Shown piece after piece: positions 17,133-26,070 of a stretch of 64,000 nt of DNA (its first letter is position 1; every line of letters begins with the position of its first letter). The notes under the pieces were generated by a model. It was not told where the DNA came from, made no database searches, and was given only the letters and a program-made list of their open reading frames with translations. This stretch comes from an uncultured bacterium (GTDB lineage Bacteria; Eisenbacteria; RBG-16-71-46; CAIMUX01): assembly GCA_964631125.1 (NCBI GenBank), contig CAZVYN010000008.1, forward strand, positions 3,746 through 67,745, in the 5' to 3' direction. The position numbers and the translations under genes are program-made.

Positions 17133-17291
17133 CTAGAAGAGAGCGTAGATGAACGGCGCGAGCGCGGACCCCTGCGCGAAGACCAAGACCGCGCCGAGCA
17201 GCACGAGCACGAAGATCAACGGACCGATCCAATAGCGGCGGCCGACCTTCAGGAACAGCCAGAGTTCGCGGAAGATGCTCGAGCGACTCAA
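17133..17291 (-). CDS. DUF5989 (SxtK-like) small membrane protein, 52 aa
   Basis: SRSSIFRELWLFLKVGRRYWIGPLIFVLVLLGAVLVFAQGSALAPFIYALF matches the conserved small-protein family that is usually paired with SxtJ and a carbamoyltransferase. Probable TTG start. Confidence 0.5.
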   Translation of the reverse strand: MSRSSIFRELWLFLKVGRRYWIGPLIFVLVLLGAVLVFAQGSALAPFIYALF

Positions 17292-17400
17292 CGGTGACTC
17301 CTCGCGGCGATCCCGGGTCGAGTAGCTTCCCGAGACATCGGATCCCGGTCGGCCGTGATGCCGGAGAGTATGCCCTCGCCGGCGACTCGAACCCAAGAGC

Positions 17401-17427
17401 GGAGAGCAAGGAGAGCAGGGAGAGCAA
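17401..17427. repeat. 9-bp tandem repeat (ggagagcaa/g) x3, i.e. three tandem SD-like motifs immediately 5' of the ATG at 17430
   Basis: ggagagcaaggagagcagggagagcaacgATG. Confidence 0.7.
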
Positions 17428-17429
17428 CG

Positions 17430-18869
17430 ATGGAAGCGCCGCCGCCGTTCTGGGAGCCGTCCTCGTCTTCGCCCTGGATCCACGTCGAGGGGCGGCTGTT
17501 CGAGAACGGCGTCGAAGGGCGATTCTCGCTGACCGTCGCGCCGGACGGACGGTTCGCCGAGGAGCACCACTCGCCGCTGCCGCGGGCGTTCGGCTTCGAC
17601 GGCCAGCGCTCTTGGGCGGCCGATTGGCGCGGCGGCCCCTGGACGCAGAGTCTGGGCGAGGCGTCGGCGCGGCGCGTCGAGTCGGCGGTCCGCTTCGGAT
17701 TCCTGAGGCGGCCGCTACCGGCGCCGATCCCGGAAGGGCTCGTCCTCGATTCGACGACCGGTCTGCCGAGCGAGTTCACCCACCGCACGTCGATCGGCGA
17801 TCTGACTCGCTGGCGTTTCACGGATGTTCGGGCGCTGGATTCGCGCGCCGTCGGGACCACCCCCGGCCCCGCGCTCTCTTGGCCGCACCGCGTCGAGGTC
17901 CTAGCCGAGCACTCGGGGTTCGCGTCGTACACGACAGAACAGATCGAAACCGAACAGCTCGAGACAGGACGGTTCGAATCGCGCCTTCGTCCGCGCGCGG
18001 TCGCCTCGGCCAAGTGGCGAATTCCGCCATCCGGCTCGGTCTTCGAAGTCGAACGCGCGCCGACGGGACATCTCCTGATTCGCGGCGTCGTCCCCTCACT
18101 CCCGCCGGCCTGGTTCGTGCTAGACAGCGGCGCCGGCGCACTCGTGCTCGACCGAAAGTGGATCACGGCGGCGGGGGAAGCGGCAGGCGGCGAACCAGAG
18201 TTCTTCGGCGAGGTGAACGCGTTGGGCGTCGGAGGCTCGGTTTCCGCGCAGTTCACGAAGCTCGCTTCGCTCCGCATAGGAGATCTCAACGCGACCGGAC
18301 TCATCGGTGTGGCCTTTGATCTCGAGAGTCTCGGCGTCGCACTCCAACGGGAGATCGCCGGAATCCTCGGATTCGACCTCTTGCTCCACACCGCGCTCGA
18401 GATCGACGCGGAAACGCCGTCGGTGCGGGCGCTCGGCGCGCATCAACTCGACTCGCTCCGGTGGCAACCGCTCTTGCTCGACCACGAAGTACCGCATATC
18501 CGCGGGAGTTACGAAGGGGAGCGCGAGGGGATCTTCGTTCTCGACACAGGCTCGGCCCTCGAGCTGATCCTGCATACGCCCGAAGTCATCGAACAACGAC
18601 TGCTCGCGGGACGCGAAACGCGAGAGATAGGCGACGCCTTCGGCGCCGGCGTCGGAGGCGGGCTGGCGGGTGACCTCGGGCGATTGGAATGGGTGCGCGC
18701 CGGAGACATCGAGCGGCGCGACGTGCAGACGCTCTTTGCTCGCGCGGAGTTCGGTCCGTTGGCCAGCAGCTCCGCGGCGGGAAATCTGGGTGCGCCCTTC
18801 TTCCGGGGTCGTCGCATCGTGTTCGACTATCGCAACGAGCGGGCGGCGTTTCCGCCGACCGTTGGCTAG
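17430..18869 (+). CDS. two-lobed retropepsin-like (clan AA) aspartic peptidase
   Basis: Two hydrophobic-D-S/T-G-A/S motifs about 130 aa apart (FVLDSGAGALVLD and FVLDTGSALELIL), each followed by a beta-rich segment. An N-terminal domain of about 230 aa has unknown function. Confidence 0.55.
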   Translation: MEAPPPFWEPSSSSPWIHVEGRLFENGVEGRFSLTVAPDGRFAEEHHSPLPRAFGFDGQRSWAADWRGGPWTQSLGEASARRVESAVRFGFLRRPLPAPIPEGLVLDSTTGLPSEFTHRTSIGDLTRWRFTDVRALDSRAVGTTPGPALSWPHRVEVLAEHSGFASYTTEQIETEQLETGRFESRLRPRAVASAKWRIPPSGSVFEVERAPTGHLLIRGVVPSLPPAWFVLDSGAGALVLDRKWITAAGEAAGGEPEFFGEVNALGVGGSVSAQFTKLASLRIGDLNATGLIGVAFDLESLGVALQREIAGILGFDLLLHTALEIDAETPSVRALGAHQLDSLRWQPLLLDHEVPHIRGSYEGEREGIFVLDTGSALELILHTPEVIEQRLLAGRETREIGDAFGAGVGGGLAGDLGRLEWVRAGDIERRDVQTLFARAEFGPLASSSAAGNLGAPFFRGRRIVFDYRNERAAFPPTVG

Positions 18870-19345
18870 CGCAGCACCTTCAGATACGTGACCGACTCCG
18901 GCACGAACCCCTCGCGTTCGTAGAACCGCCGGGCGCGGGCATTTCGTTCGAAGACGTTCAACGACAACCAGCGGGCGCCGTTCTCGCGAGCCCAGACCTC
19001 GGCCTCCTCCATGAGCTGCGCGGCCACGCCGGTCCCTTCGGCCTCCGCCCGCACGGCGAACTCCGAGACGTATCCCTTTGGTTCGCCGGTGAACGGATCG
19101 CGATGGATCTCGCAGTGGATGAAGCCGAGCACCGCCCCGCCGGTGCTGCTTTCGTCGTGGGCGACGCGCACCATCGTTCCAACGGGTCTGCGCTCCACAC
19201 GTTCCGCCAAGAACTGTCGCGTGCTGTTCACGATCGACGACGCGTCGCGCCAGGGAGGGGGGTCGAAGTCGACGAACCGAGGGACGATCTCGTGGATCGC
19301 CGGCAAGTCCGACTCCACGGCAGTGCGGATCTGGAATCGTTTCAC
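18866..19345 (-). CDS. GNAT family N-acetyltransferase
   Basis: Acetyl-CoA binding region (VRAEAEGTGVAAQLMEEAEVWARENGARWLSLNV...FYEREGF). Confidence 0.8.
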   Translation of the reverse strand: MKRFQIRTAVESDLPAIHEIVPRFVDFDPPPWRDASSIVNSTRQFLAERVERRPVGTMVRVAHDESSTGGAVLGFIHCEIHRDPFTGEPKGYVSEFAVRAEAEGTGVAAQLMEEAEVWARENGARWLSLNVFERNARARRFYEREGFVPESVTYLKVLR

Positions 19346-19358
19346 GAACTCTCCTGTC

Positions 19359-20426
19359 TCATGCCGCGCAGAGGAAGTCTCGTCCCTCGCGGAATCCGGC
19401 CTCGATCAGTCGCGCGCGAATCCTTTCGCGCGCTCCGGCCGCTCCCACCGCGGCCACAAGCAGAGGAGGCTGCGGCGCCGGGACGTCGGCCGCCGCCTCC
19501 GCCGCAGTGAGCCACGCCTCCGAGTCGAGGATCGGCCGTCCCCGCGCCGTCCGCCCGATCTTGCGCGGATCGATGTCGAGAAAAGCGTCGATGCGCGCGC
19601 CCTCGCGCAGCAACGCCTTCGCCAGGCGCCGTCCGTCTCGTCCCGCGCCCCACACGACGATCGCGCGAACGCCGATGAACTGTGCGAGATGATGGGCGCG
19701 ACAGTCGAGGAAGCGATCCAAGCCATAGACCGCCTGCACCCGAGAGGCGCGCGTCGGAAGGTCGCGCCAGAGCACGAGCGGCTGGGCGATCTTCGCCATC
19801 CGCACGCCGTCGCGGAGCATTCGCAGCCAGAGATCGTAGTCCTCCGGCCAACCGACGTCGCGGTAGCCGCCGACTTGGTCGTACACTTCTCGCCGCATCA
19901 TCACGGTCGGATGGGGGAGCGGACTCTCGATCCAGAGATTCAGCGCGATCTCTTCCGAGGTGACGACCGAGTCGAGCCACTGCTCGTAGCGCCGAGCGCC
20001 GTCGGAGGGGGCGGCGTCGATCGCGCCGTCGCGGTCGAGAGTCCCGCGCAAGGTTCGCACTCCGGTCGCGACCAGGCCGACCTCCGGATGCGCCGCGAGG
20101 AACTCCACCTGACGACAGAATCGCTTCGGGAGCGCCAGGTCGTCCGCGTCGAAACGCGCGAGCAGCGAGCCCGAGGCCCGCGCCGCGGCGAAGATGAGCG
20201 CGCGCGCGATGTTCCCGGACGATTCCACGCGATGCGCCCGCACCCGCGGATCCCTCGACGCCCACGCCGCCAACAGGGCCGGCGTTTCGTCGGCCGAACC
20301 GTCGTCGACGGCGATCACTTCGAAGTCCTCGAACTTCTGTTCCGCGAGCGATCCGAGCGCGGAATCAAGGGTCGCGGCCGCGTTTCGCACCGGGAGAAGC
20401 ACCGAGATCCGCGGGGGTTGGGCCAT
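19359..20426 (-). CDS. glycosyltransferase family 2 with C-terminal domain of unknown function
   Basis: ISVLLPVRNAAATLDSALGSLAEQKFEDFEVIAVDDGS...RFDADD are the GT2 motifs. Confidence 0.75.
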   Translation of the reverse strand: MAQPPRISVLLPVRNAAATLDSALGSLAEQKFEDFEVIAVDDGSADETPALLAAWASRDPRVRAHRVESSGNIARALIFAAARASGSLLARFDADDLALPKRFCRQVEFLAAHPEVGLVATGVRTLRGTLDRDGAIDAAPSDGARRYEQWLDSVVTSEEIALNLWIESPLPHPTVMMRREVYDQVGGYRDVGWPEDYDLWLRMLRDGVRMAKIAQPLVLWRDLPTRASRVQAVYGLDRFLDCRAHHLAQFIGVRAIVVWGAGRDGRRLAKALLREGARIDAFLDIDPRKIGRTARGRPILDSEAWLTAAEAAADVPAPQPPLLVAAVGAAGARERIRARLIEAGFREGRDFLCAA

Positions 20427-20534
20427 CCTTCACCCTCTGCTAGTCTGCCGGCTTACCGACGGCCACCCACGATACGCCGCACGCGCCGTACGCGCGCCAG
20501 GTTCGCTCTCCACTCTCAGAGGATCCCGCCGCGC

Positions 20535-21803
20535 ATGAGCTATCCCGCCTTGTCGAAGATGTCCGCCGGAATCGTCGGCTCCGAGATCTTGAAGATCGCC
20601 GCCCAGATCCGCGCGAGGATCGCGCAGGGCGAGAAGGTCACGAACCTGACCGTGGGTGACTTCCGTCCCGATCTGTTTCCGATCCCCGTGAACCTGAAGA
20701 ACCTGATCACCGCGGCGCTGGAGAGTGGCGAGACCAACTATCCGCCCTCCGAAGGGATCCTCGACCTGCGCAAGGCGATCGGAGATTTCTACCGCGAACG
20801 GCTCGGCCTCGACTATCCGGTTTCGTCGATCATCGTGGCCGGGGGCGTGCGGCCGACGATCTATTGCGCCTATCGCACGCTCCTCGATCCGGGCGACACG
20901 CTGGTCTATCCGGCGCCATCGTGGAACAACAATCACTACGCCTGGCTCTGCGGAGCGCGCGGGGTGGCGGTCGTGGCGCACGCCGAGAATCACTTCCTGC
21001 CGACCGCGGATGAACTCCGCCCGCACCTGGCGGGGGCGCGCGTGCTCACGCTGAACACGCCGCTCAATCCGGCCGGCACCGCGTTCAGCGCCGATCAGCT
21101 CGAGCGCATCGTCAAGTTGATCCTGGATGAGAACACGGCGCGCGCGCGTGACGGTCGCCCGCCGCTCATGCTGCTCTATGACCATGTCTATTGGATGCTC
21201 ACCTTCGGCGGCGTCAAGCACATCACTCCGCTGCACATCGATCCGCGGATGCGCGAGTACACGGTCTTCACCGACGGGATCTCGAAGTCGTTCGCGGCGA
21301 CCGGGCTGCGCGTCGGCTGGTGCATCGGACCGGAGTCGATCATGGGCCAGTTCAGCTCACTGCTGGGACATGTCGGCGCGTGGGCGCCGCGCGCCGAGCA
21401 GGTCGCGACGGTCAAGTTCCTGCAAGACGGCGCGTCGATCGATCGCTTCCTCGTCGGGTTCCTGAGCGCGCTCGACGATCGCCTGACGCGCCTGCACGCC
21501 GGGTTCACCGCGCTGAAGCGCGACGGCTATCCGGTCGACTCGATCGCCCCCGAGGGCGCGATCTATCTGTCGGCTCGCTTCGATCTCGTCGGTCGCCGGG
21601 TGGGAGACCGCACGCTGCAGACCAACGAAGAGATCCGCACCTTCCTGTTGGAGAAGGCCGCGGTCGCGATCGTGCCGTTCCAGGCGTTCGGCCTACTGGA
21701 AGACACGGGCTGGTTCCGCCTCAGCGTCGGCGCCCTTTCGATGGAAGAGATCGAAACGCTGTTTCCCGCGTTGCGCCAGGCGCTCGACCTGGTCTCGAAG
21801 TAG
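20535..21803 (+). CDS. pyridoxal-phosphate-dependent aminotransferase (class I/II)
   Basis: Start MSYPALSK lies inside a longer spurious ORF. Fold-type I aminotransferase motifs (TNYPPSEGILDLR, VLTLNTPLNPAGT, SKSFAATGLRVGW). Confidence 0.8.
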   Translation: MSYPALSKMSAGIVGSEILKIAAQIRARIAQGEKVTNLTVGDFRPDLFPIPVNLKNLITAALESGETNYPPSEGILDLRKAIGDFYRERLGLDYPVSSIIVAGGVRPTIYCAYRTLLDPGDTLVYPAPSWNNNHYAWLCGARGVAVVAHAENHFLPTADELRPHLAGARVLTLNTPLNPAGTAFSADQLERIVKLILDENTARARDGRPPLMLLYDHVYWMLTFGGVKHITPLHIDPRMREYTVFTDGISKSFAATGLRVGWCIGPESIMGQFSSLLGHVGAWAPRAEQVATVKFLQDGASIDRFLVGFLSALDDRLTRLHAGFTALKRDGYPVDSIAPEGAIYLSARFDLVGRRVGDRTLQTNEEIRTFLLEKAAVAIVPFQAFGLLEDTGWFRLSVGALSMEEIETLFPALRQALDLVSK

Positions 21804-21827
21804 CCGCAGACCGGAACTCAGCCCGCG

Positions 21828-23333
21828 ATGACCGAGACGTTCCACCCGGCGCACTTCGCGCACCTGCTCCTCCTGATCGGCGTTGTCATCGTCGTCGCCG
21901 CGTCTGTTTCGGGTCTGCTCGAGCGATGGTCCATGCCGCCGGTCGCGGTTTTCCTCGCGCTGGGCGCGGCGCTCGGCCCGCTCGGCCTCGGACTGGCGGC
22001 GTTCGGCCTGGAGTCGCCGGCGCTCGGTGCGGTCGCGACCCTCTCGCTCATCCTCGTGCTCTTCACCGACGCGGTCTCGCTCGATTTCCGTGCGCTCCGC
22101 GCGCACATCGGGATCGCACTGCTCGTGTTGGGGCCGGGCACGCTCGTCACCGCCGCGATCATCGCCGCCGCGTCGGTCTGGTTGCTCGATCTCTCTCTCG
22201 CCCAGGCGGCGATTCTCGGAGCGGCTCTGGCTTCGACCGATCCGGTGATGGTGCGAGGGCTGCTTCGTCGGTCCGGCGTTCCCGATTCCGCCAAGACCGC
22301 GCTGGGAGTGGAGAGCGGACTGAATGACGTGGTCTTGCTCCCGATCGTCCTCGTCGCGACCGCGATGCTGGTGAAGGGGAGTGGACTGGAGTTCAGCGAG
22401 ACAGCCAGGGTGGTCGGAGAAGTGCTGATCCTGGGCCCGCTGGCCGGGGTCGGCGTCGGCTTCCTGGCCGTGCGACTGCTGGAACAGATGCGCAATCGAT
22501 TCGGGATGCGCCGTGACTACGAGTCACTCTACGTGCTCGGCGTCTCTTTCACCGCCTACGCCTTGGCCGAGTCGATGCACGCGAGCGGCTTCATGGCGGC
22601 GTTTGCGGCCGGACTCACCGTCGCGCTCGTCGGCGTCGAACTCTGCGACTGTTTCCACGACTACGGCGAGGCGACCGCCGAGGCCTTCCTGCTCTTCGCC
22701 TTCGTCGCCATCGGAGGCAGCGTCATCTGGTCGGGACTCGACGTGATCAGCGCGAACGCGCTCCTCTTCGCCTTCATCGCGCTCTTCGCCCGCAGCGTCG
22801 TGCTTGCCGTCGCTCTCTCCGGCTCCGAAATGGACGCCCACGGACGACGCATGACCGTCTGGTTCGGTCCCAAGGGGCTGAGCAGCCTCTTGCTCGTACT
22901 CCTGCCGATCTTCGCGGGGGCGGACGCCGCACTCGAGCTCTTCCCGATCTGCGCGCTGGTGGTGCTGCTCTCGGTCGTCGTGCACGGAGGCATGCCGTGG
23001 TTCCTGGCGCCGCATCAAGCGAAGGACCAACGCAACGCGCCGCGAAACGCCCGTGGCTCGGTTTCGCCCGAGGCGCGGCATGACACGCGCGCCGAGACGC
23101 GCAGTGACCCGCCCCTGGTGGCGAACCGCGTGCTCATCACCTTCGACGAGGTGCAGCGCCTGCGCGACGCCGGTCACTCGGTCACGATCCTCGACTCACG
23201 GACTCCAGGCAGTTTCGCCGAGAGCGACCGACGTGCGACGGGCGCGGTTCGCCTCCCGCCCGACGAAGCGGTCGAGAGCGCCGCGCGACTCGCGTTGCCG
23301 CGCAGCGATTGGCTCGTCGCCTTCTGCGCCTGA
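21828..23333 (+). CDS. CPA1-type cation/proton antiporter fused to a C-terminal rhodanese domain that is interrupted by an in-frame TGA
   Basis: The Na+/H+ exchanger TM core is followed by a rhodanese fold (VTILDSRTPGSFAESD...LVAFCA). A TGA at 23331-23333 falls two codons after the catalytic Cys. The same frame stays open for 44 more codons (SNEATSARVARDLQQAGWKNARALVGGWAQWQEAEWP), which complete the rhodanese domain up to 23468. Confidence 0.7.
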   Translation: MTETFHPAHFAHLLLLIGVVIVVAASVSGLLERWSMPPVAVFLALGAALGPLGLGLAAFGLESPALGAVATLSLILVLFTDAVSLDFRALRAHIGIALLVLGPGTLVTAAIIAAASVWLLDLSLAQAAILGAALASTDPVMVRGLLRRSGVPDSAKTALGVESGLNDVVLLPIVLVATAMLVKGSGLEFSETARVVGEVLILGPLAGVGVGFLAVRLLEQMRNRFGMRRDYESLYVLGVSFTAYALAESMHASGFMAAFAAGLTVALVGVELCDCFHDYGEATAEAFLLFAFVAIGGSVIWSGLDVISANALLFAFIALFARSVVLAVALSGSEMDAHGRRMTVWFGPKGLSSLLLVLLPIFAGADAALELFPICALVVLLSVVVHGGMPWFLAPHQAKDQRNAPRNARGSVSPEARHDTRAETRSDPPLVANRVLITFDEVQRLRDAGHSVTILDSRTPGSFAESDRRATGAVRLPPDEAVESAARLALPRSDWLVAFCA

Positions 23334-23509
23334 AGCAACGAAGCAACAAGCGCCCGTGTGGCGCGAGATCTACAACAAGCAGGATGGAAGAACGCGAGGG
23401 CCCTCGTCGGGGGATGGGCGCAGTGGCAAGAGGCGGAGTGGCCGACCGAACTCGAGTCGGACGGTTAGAACTCCGCCCGCCCCGCGCTCCGCTGGTACTC
23501 TCGCCCCCC

Positions 23510-24340
23510 ATGCACCCGACCCTGCCGGCCCTCTCCGAAACCCTCCTGTGGACTCTGCACAACCGAGCCCATGAATCGCTGCGCGAAGGTGGCGCGCTGC
23601 GCGACCCCAACGCGGTTCGCATCTATCAGGCGATCCGGTACGACTTCACGCGCCATTTCGGGCCACCCGACGGCTCCCACGCCCGCCGCTCTGGCGCCTT
23701 CGATCGCATCGTCGGAGCGTGGATCGAACGGAATCCCGACGGCGTCGTCATCGCATTGGGAGACGGGCTGGAGACGCAGAATTGGCGGTTGGACAACGGG
23801 CGCATTCGTTGGATCTCGGTCGACCTACCGGAGGCAATGGCGCTGAGGGAATCGTTTCTCCCAGCAACCGAGCGGTTTCGGAACGTGGTGGGGGATGTGC
23901 GGAATCTCGAGTGGAAGCCCGTGGTAGACAGCGCGGGGCGCCGCGCCATCTTCATTACTGCGGCGGGTTTGTTGATGTACTTGGAGCCCGAATCCGTCCG
24001 CCACCTGCTCGCCGAACTCGCAACGCGCTTCGCGCCTTGCGAGCTACTGTTCGACGTCATCCCTCGCTGGTTCTCGCGCCTGACACTGCTGGGACTCCAT
24101 AAGACCCCTCACTACAAGCTTCCCCCGATGCCCTTCGGCCTCGACCGCGACGAGATCCAGCCAGCGGTGCTCTCGATCCAACCGAAATTCACGCGCGTTT
24201 CGATCACGCCGTTCCCGCTCTTCGATCGGCGGTGGGCTTGGCTCCAGCAAGTCGCGCTCTCGATCCCCGGCTTGCGCACGCGCGGCCCGAATCTCGTGCA
24301 CGTCCAGATCGACGGCATCGAAAGGAGCCGCTCCGCGTGA
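23510..24340 (+). CDS. class I SAM-dependent methyltransferase (TcmP/LCM-like)
   Basis: N-terminus LSETLLWTLHNRAHES...DPNAVRIY is typical of the TcmP/leucine carboxyl methyltransferase family. Start at internal Met MHPTLPAL. Confidence 0.55.
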   Translation: MHPTLPALSETLLWTLHNRAHESLREGGALRDPNAVRIYQAIRYDFTRHFGPPDGSHARRSGAFDRIVGAWIERNPDGVVIALGDGLETQNWRLDNGRIRWISVDLPEAMALRESFLPATERFRNVVGDVRNLEWKPVVDSAGRRAIFITAAGLLMYLEPESVRHLLAELATRFAPCELLFDVIPRWFSRLTLLGLHKTPHYKLPPMPFGLDRDEIQPAVLSIQPKFTRVSITPFPLFDRRWAWLQQVALSIPGLRTRGPNLVHVQIDGIERSRSA

Positions 24341-25392
24341 AGGCGCTCACCTACCACGCTCCGCAGTCGATCCACTTCGAGGACGTCCCCGACCCGAAGC
24401 TCCTCGCCTCGGGCGACGCCATCGTGCAGGTGGAAGTGGCCGCGGTCTGCGGCTCGGATCTCCACGTCTATCACGGGCGCGAGGCCGGTCTCGATCCGGG
24501 CACAGTGATGGGACACGAGTTCCTCGGCCGCGTGGTGGAATGCGGTTCGGAGGTGCGCGCGATCCGGCGGGGCGATCGCGTGGTCGCGCCGTTCACGGCG
24601 AACTGCGGGGCTTGTTACTTCTGTTCGACCGGCCTGACCGCGCGATGCACGCAGAGTCAACTCTTCGGATGGGTGCAGGGCGGCGTCGGACTGCAAGGGG
24701 GACAGGCGGAGTTCGTGCGAGTCCCCTTGGCGGACTCCACGCTGATGAAAGCGCCGGACGATCTCCCGTCGCAGCTCGCGCTCCTCCTCGCGGATGTCCT
24801 TCCGACCGGATATCACTGCGCCAAGTCGGCCGAGGTGAAGCCGGGCGGTGTCTACGCCGTGGTCGGTTGCGGTCCGGTCGGGTTGATGGCGGTCGCCGGC
24901 GCGAGCGCGCTGATGGGCGGCCATCCTTCGAAGCTGTTCGCGATCGACACCGTGCCCGAACGGCTCGCGCTGGCCGGACAGCTCGGCGCGACCCCGATCG
25001 ACGTCGGCAAAGCCGACGCGCGCGCCGTGCTCCTGGCAGCGACCGAGGGCCGCGGCGCCGACGGCGTGATGGAGGCGGTGGGGAGCGCCCAGGCCGGGCG
25101 TCTCGCGTTCGAACTCGTGCGGGCCGGCGGCGTCCTTTCGGTGGTCGGCGTGCACCACGAATCGCACGCGCCGTTCTCGCCCGGCGAGGCCTACGACAAG
25201 AACCTCACGTTCCGCATCGGACGCTGTCCCGCGCGCGGTCTCTTGGACGAGGTCCTGCCGATCGCCCGCGCTCAGTCGGATCGATTGGCCCGAGTCTTCA
25301 CCCATCACCTTCCGCTCAGCGCCGGTCCCGACGCCTATCGGATGTTCGACCAGCGCCGCGACGGCTGCATCAAGGTCGTCCTCCGGCCCTGA
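24337..25392 (+). CDS. zinc-dependent alcohol dehydrogenase (MDR family)
   Basis: GTG start overlapping the upstream stop (GTGA). Zn-site motifs GHEFLG and CGACYFC. GxGxxG-like VVGCGPVG. Confidence 0.8.
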   Translation: MKALTYHAPQSIHFEDVPDPKLLASGDAIVQVEVAAVCGSDLHVYHGREAGLDPGTVMGHEFLGRVVECGSEVRAIRRGDRVVAPFTANCGACYFCSTGLTARCTQSQLFGWVQGGVGLQGGQAEFVRVPLADSTLMKAPDDLPSQLALLLADVLPTGYHCAKSAEVKPGGVYAVVGCGPVGLMAVAGASALMGGHPSKLFAIDTVPERLALAGQLGATPIDVGKADARAVLLAATEGRGADGVMEAVGSAQAGRLAFELVRAGGVLSVVGVHHESHAPFSPGEAYDKNLTFRIGRCPARGLLDEVLPIARAQSDRLARVFTHHLPLSAGPDAYRMFDQRRDGCIKVVLRP

Positions 25393-25534
25393 CTTCCGAA
25401 GGAAGAAGGATCTCTCGGGCCGGATCTGCGTTTATATTCCTCACGTCCGCCGGGCGCGGCGGGCCCCAAGGCCTCCCGCGGCTTCCACGGGTGGAAGCCG
25501 CCCGTACGACTCTCCATCCGAAGGAGCGTGAATC

Positions 25535-25633
25535 ATGGCCAAGAGTCTCGAGACCAAGAAAGAAACGAAGAAGAAGCCGACCAAGAGCCTCAAGGAGAAG
25601 AGGGCTGACAAGAAGGCGAAGAAGGACAAGTAG
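25535..25633 (+). CDS. small Lys-rich peptide (32 aa), not in the ORF track
   Basis: MAKSLETKKETKKKPTKSLKEKRADKKAKKDK. An AAGGAG SD lies 9 nt upstream. A 9-bp stem hairpin (gatccgcgc-agca-gcgcggatc) starts 2 nt after the stop. Locally lower GC. Confidence 0.45.
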   Translation: MAKSLETKKETKKKPTKSLKEKRADKKAKKDK

Positions 25634-25766
25634 TCGATCCGCGCAGCAGCGCGGATCGATCAGTTCGAGACCCCGGAGGGCAAGAACCCTGGGGTCTCGC
25701 TGTTACCGCCCCTCAACCTGCGAAGCGAATCACCTCGTCACTCTCTTCCACCGAAGGACCTTCGCC

Positions 25767-26054
25767 ATGGCAGACCCCAAGGATCCCAAGAAGCCGCGTC
25801 CGGATTTCTCCGACGTGCAGTCCGGAAGTTCATCAACCGCCCGCCCCGCGCCGCTCCCGCCCTCCGCGCCGCTACCGCCGCCCGCGGCCGAACGCACGTA
25901 CACCGTCGTCGCCGGTGACAACCTGTCGAAGATCTCGAAGAAGTTCTACGGAGAGTCGAAGCGTTGGCGGCGGATCTTCGATGCCAACAAGGACACCATC
26001 GAGAACCCGGATCTCATCTATCCCGGGCAGGTGTTGAAGATCCCCAACGACTGA
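25767..26054 (+). CDS. LysM domain protein (95 aa)
   Basis: C-terminal LysM (YTVVAGDNLSKISKKFYGESKRWRRIFDANKDTIENPDLIYPGQVLKIP). Pro-rich N-terminus. SD GAAGGA upstream. Confidence 0.75.
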   Translation: MADPKDPKKPRPDFSDVQSGSSSTARPAPLPPSAPLPPPAAERTYTVVAGDNLSKISKKFYGESKRWRRIFDANKDTIENPDLIYPGQVLKIPND

Positions 26055-26070
26055 GAGAGGAGAGACCCCC

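Noticed and set aside
15880-17427. N-terminal 130 codons of the histidine-kinase ORF, and the 145-aa ORF 17133..17570
   Set aside because: These are low-complexity upstream extensions. The kinase TM region begins at Met131. The second ORF's only meaningful part is the 52-aa DUF5989 C-terminus.
19011-20534. N-terminal 508 codons of the 930-aa ORF 19011..21803
   Set aside because: They are antisense to the GT2 and GNAT genes. The real aminotransferase starts at the internal ATG 20535 (MSYPALSK).
23331-23333. Idea that TGA is a sense codon genome-wide (alternative genetic code) given two in-frame TGAs separating functional units
   Set aside because: Many other genes in the window terminate cleanly at TGA, including the overlapping GTGA and TTGA stop/start junctions. 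This makes a reassigned code very unlikely.
24540-26054. 504-aa ORF spanning the ADH gene to the LysM gene
   Set aside because: It is an Arg-rich shadow frame. Only its last 95 codons (from MADPKDPKK) correspond to a real LysM gene with its own SD.
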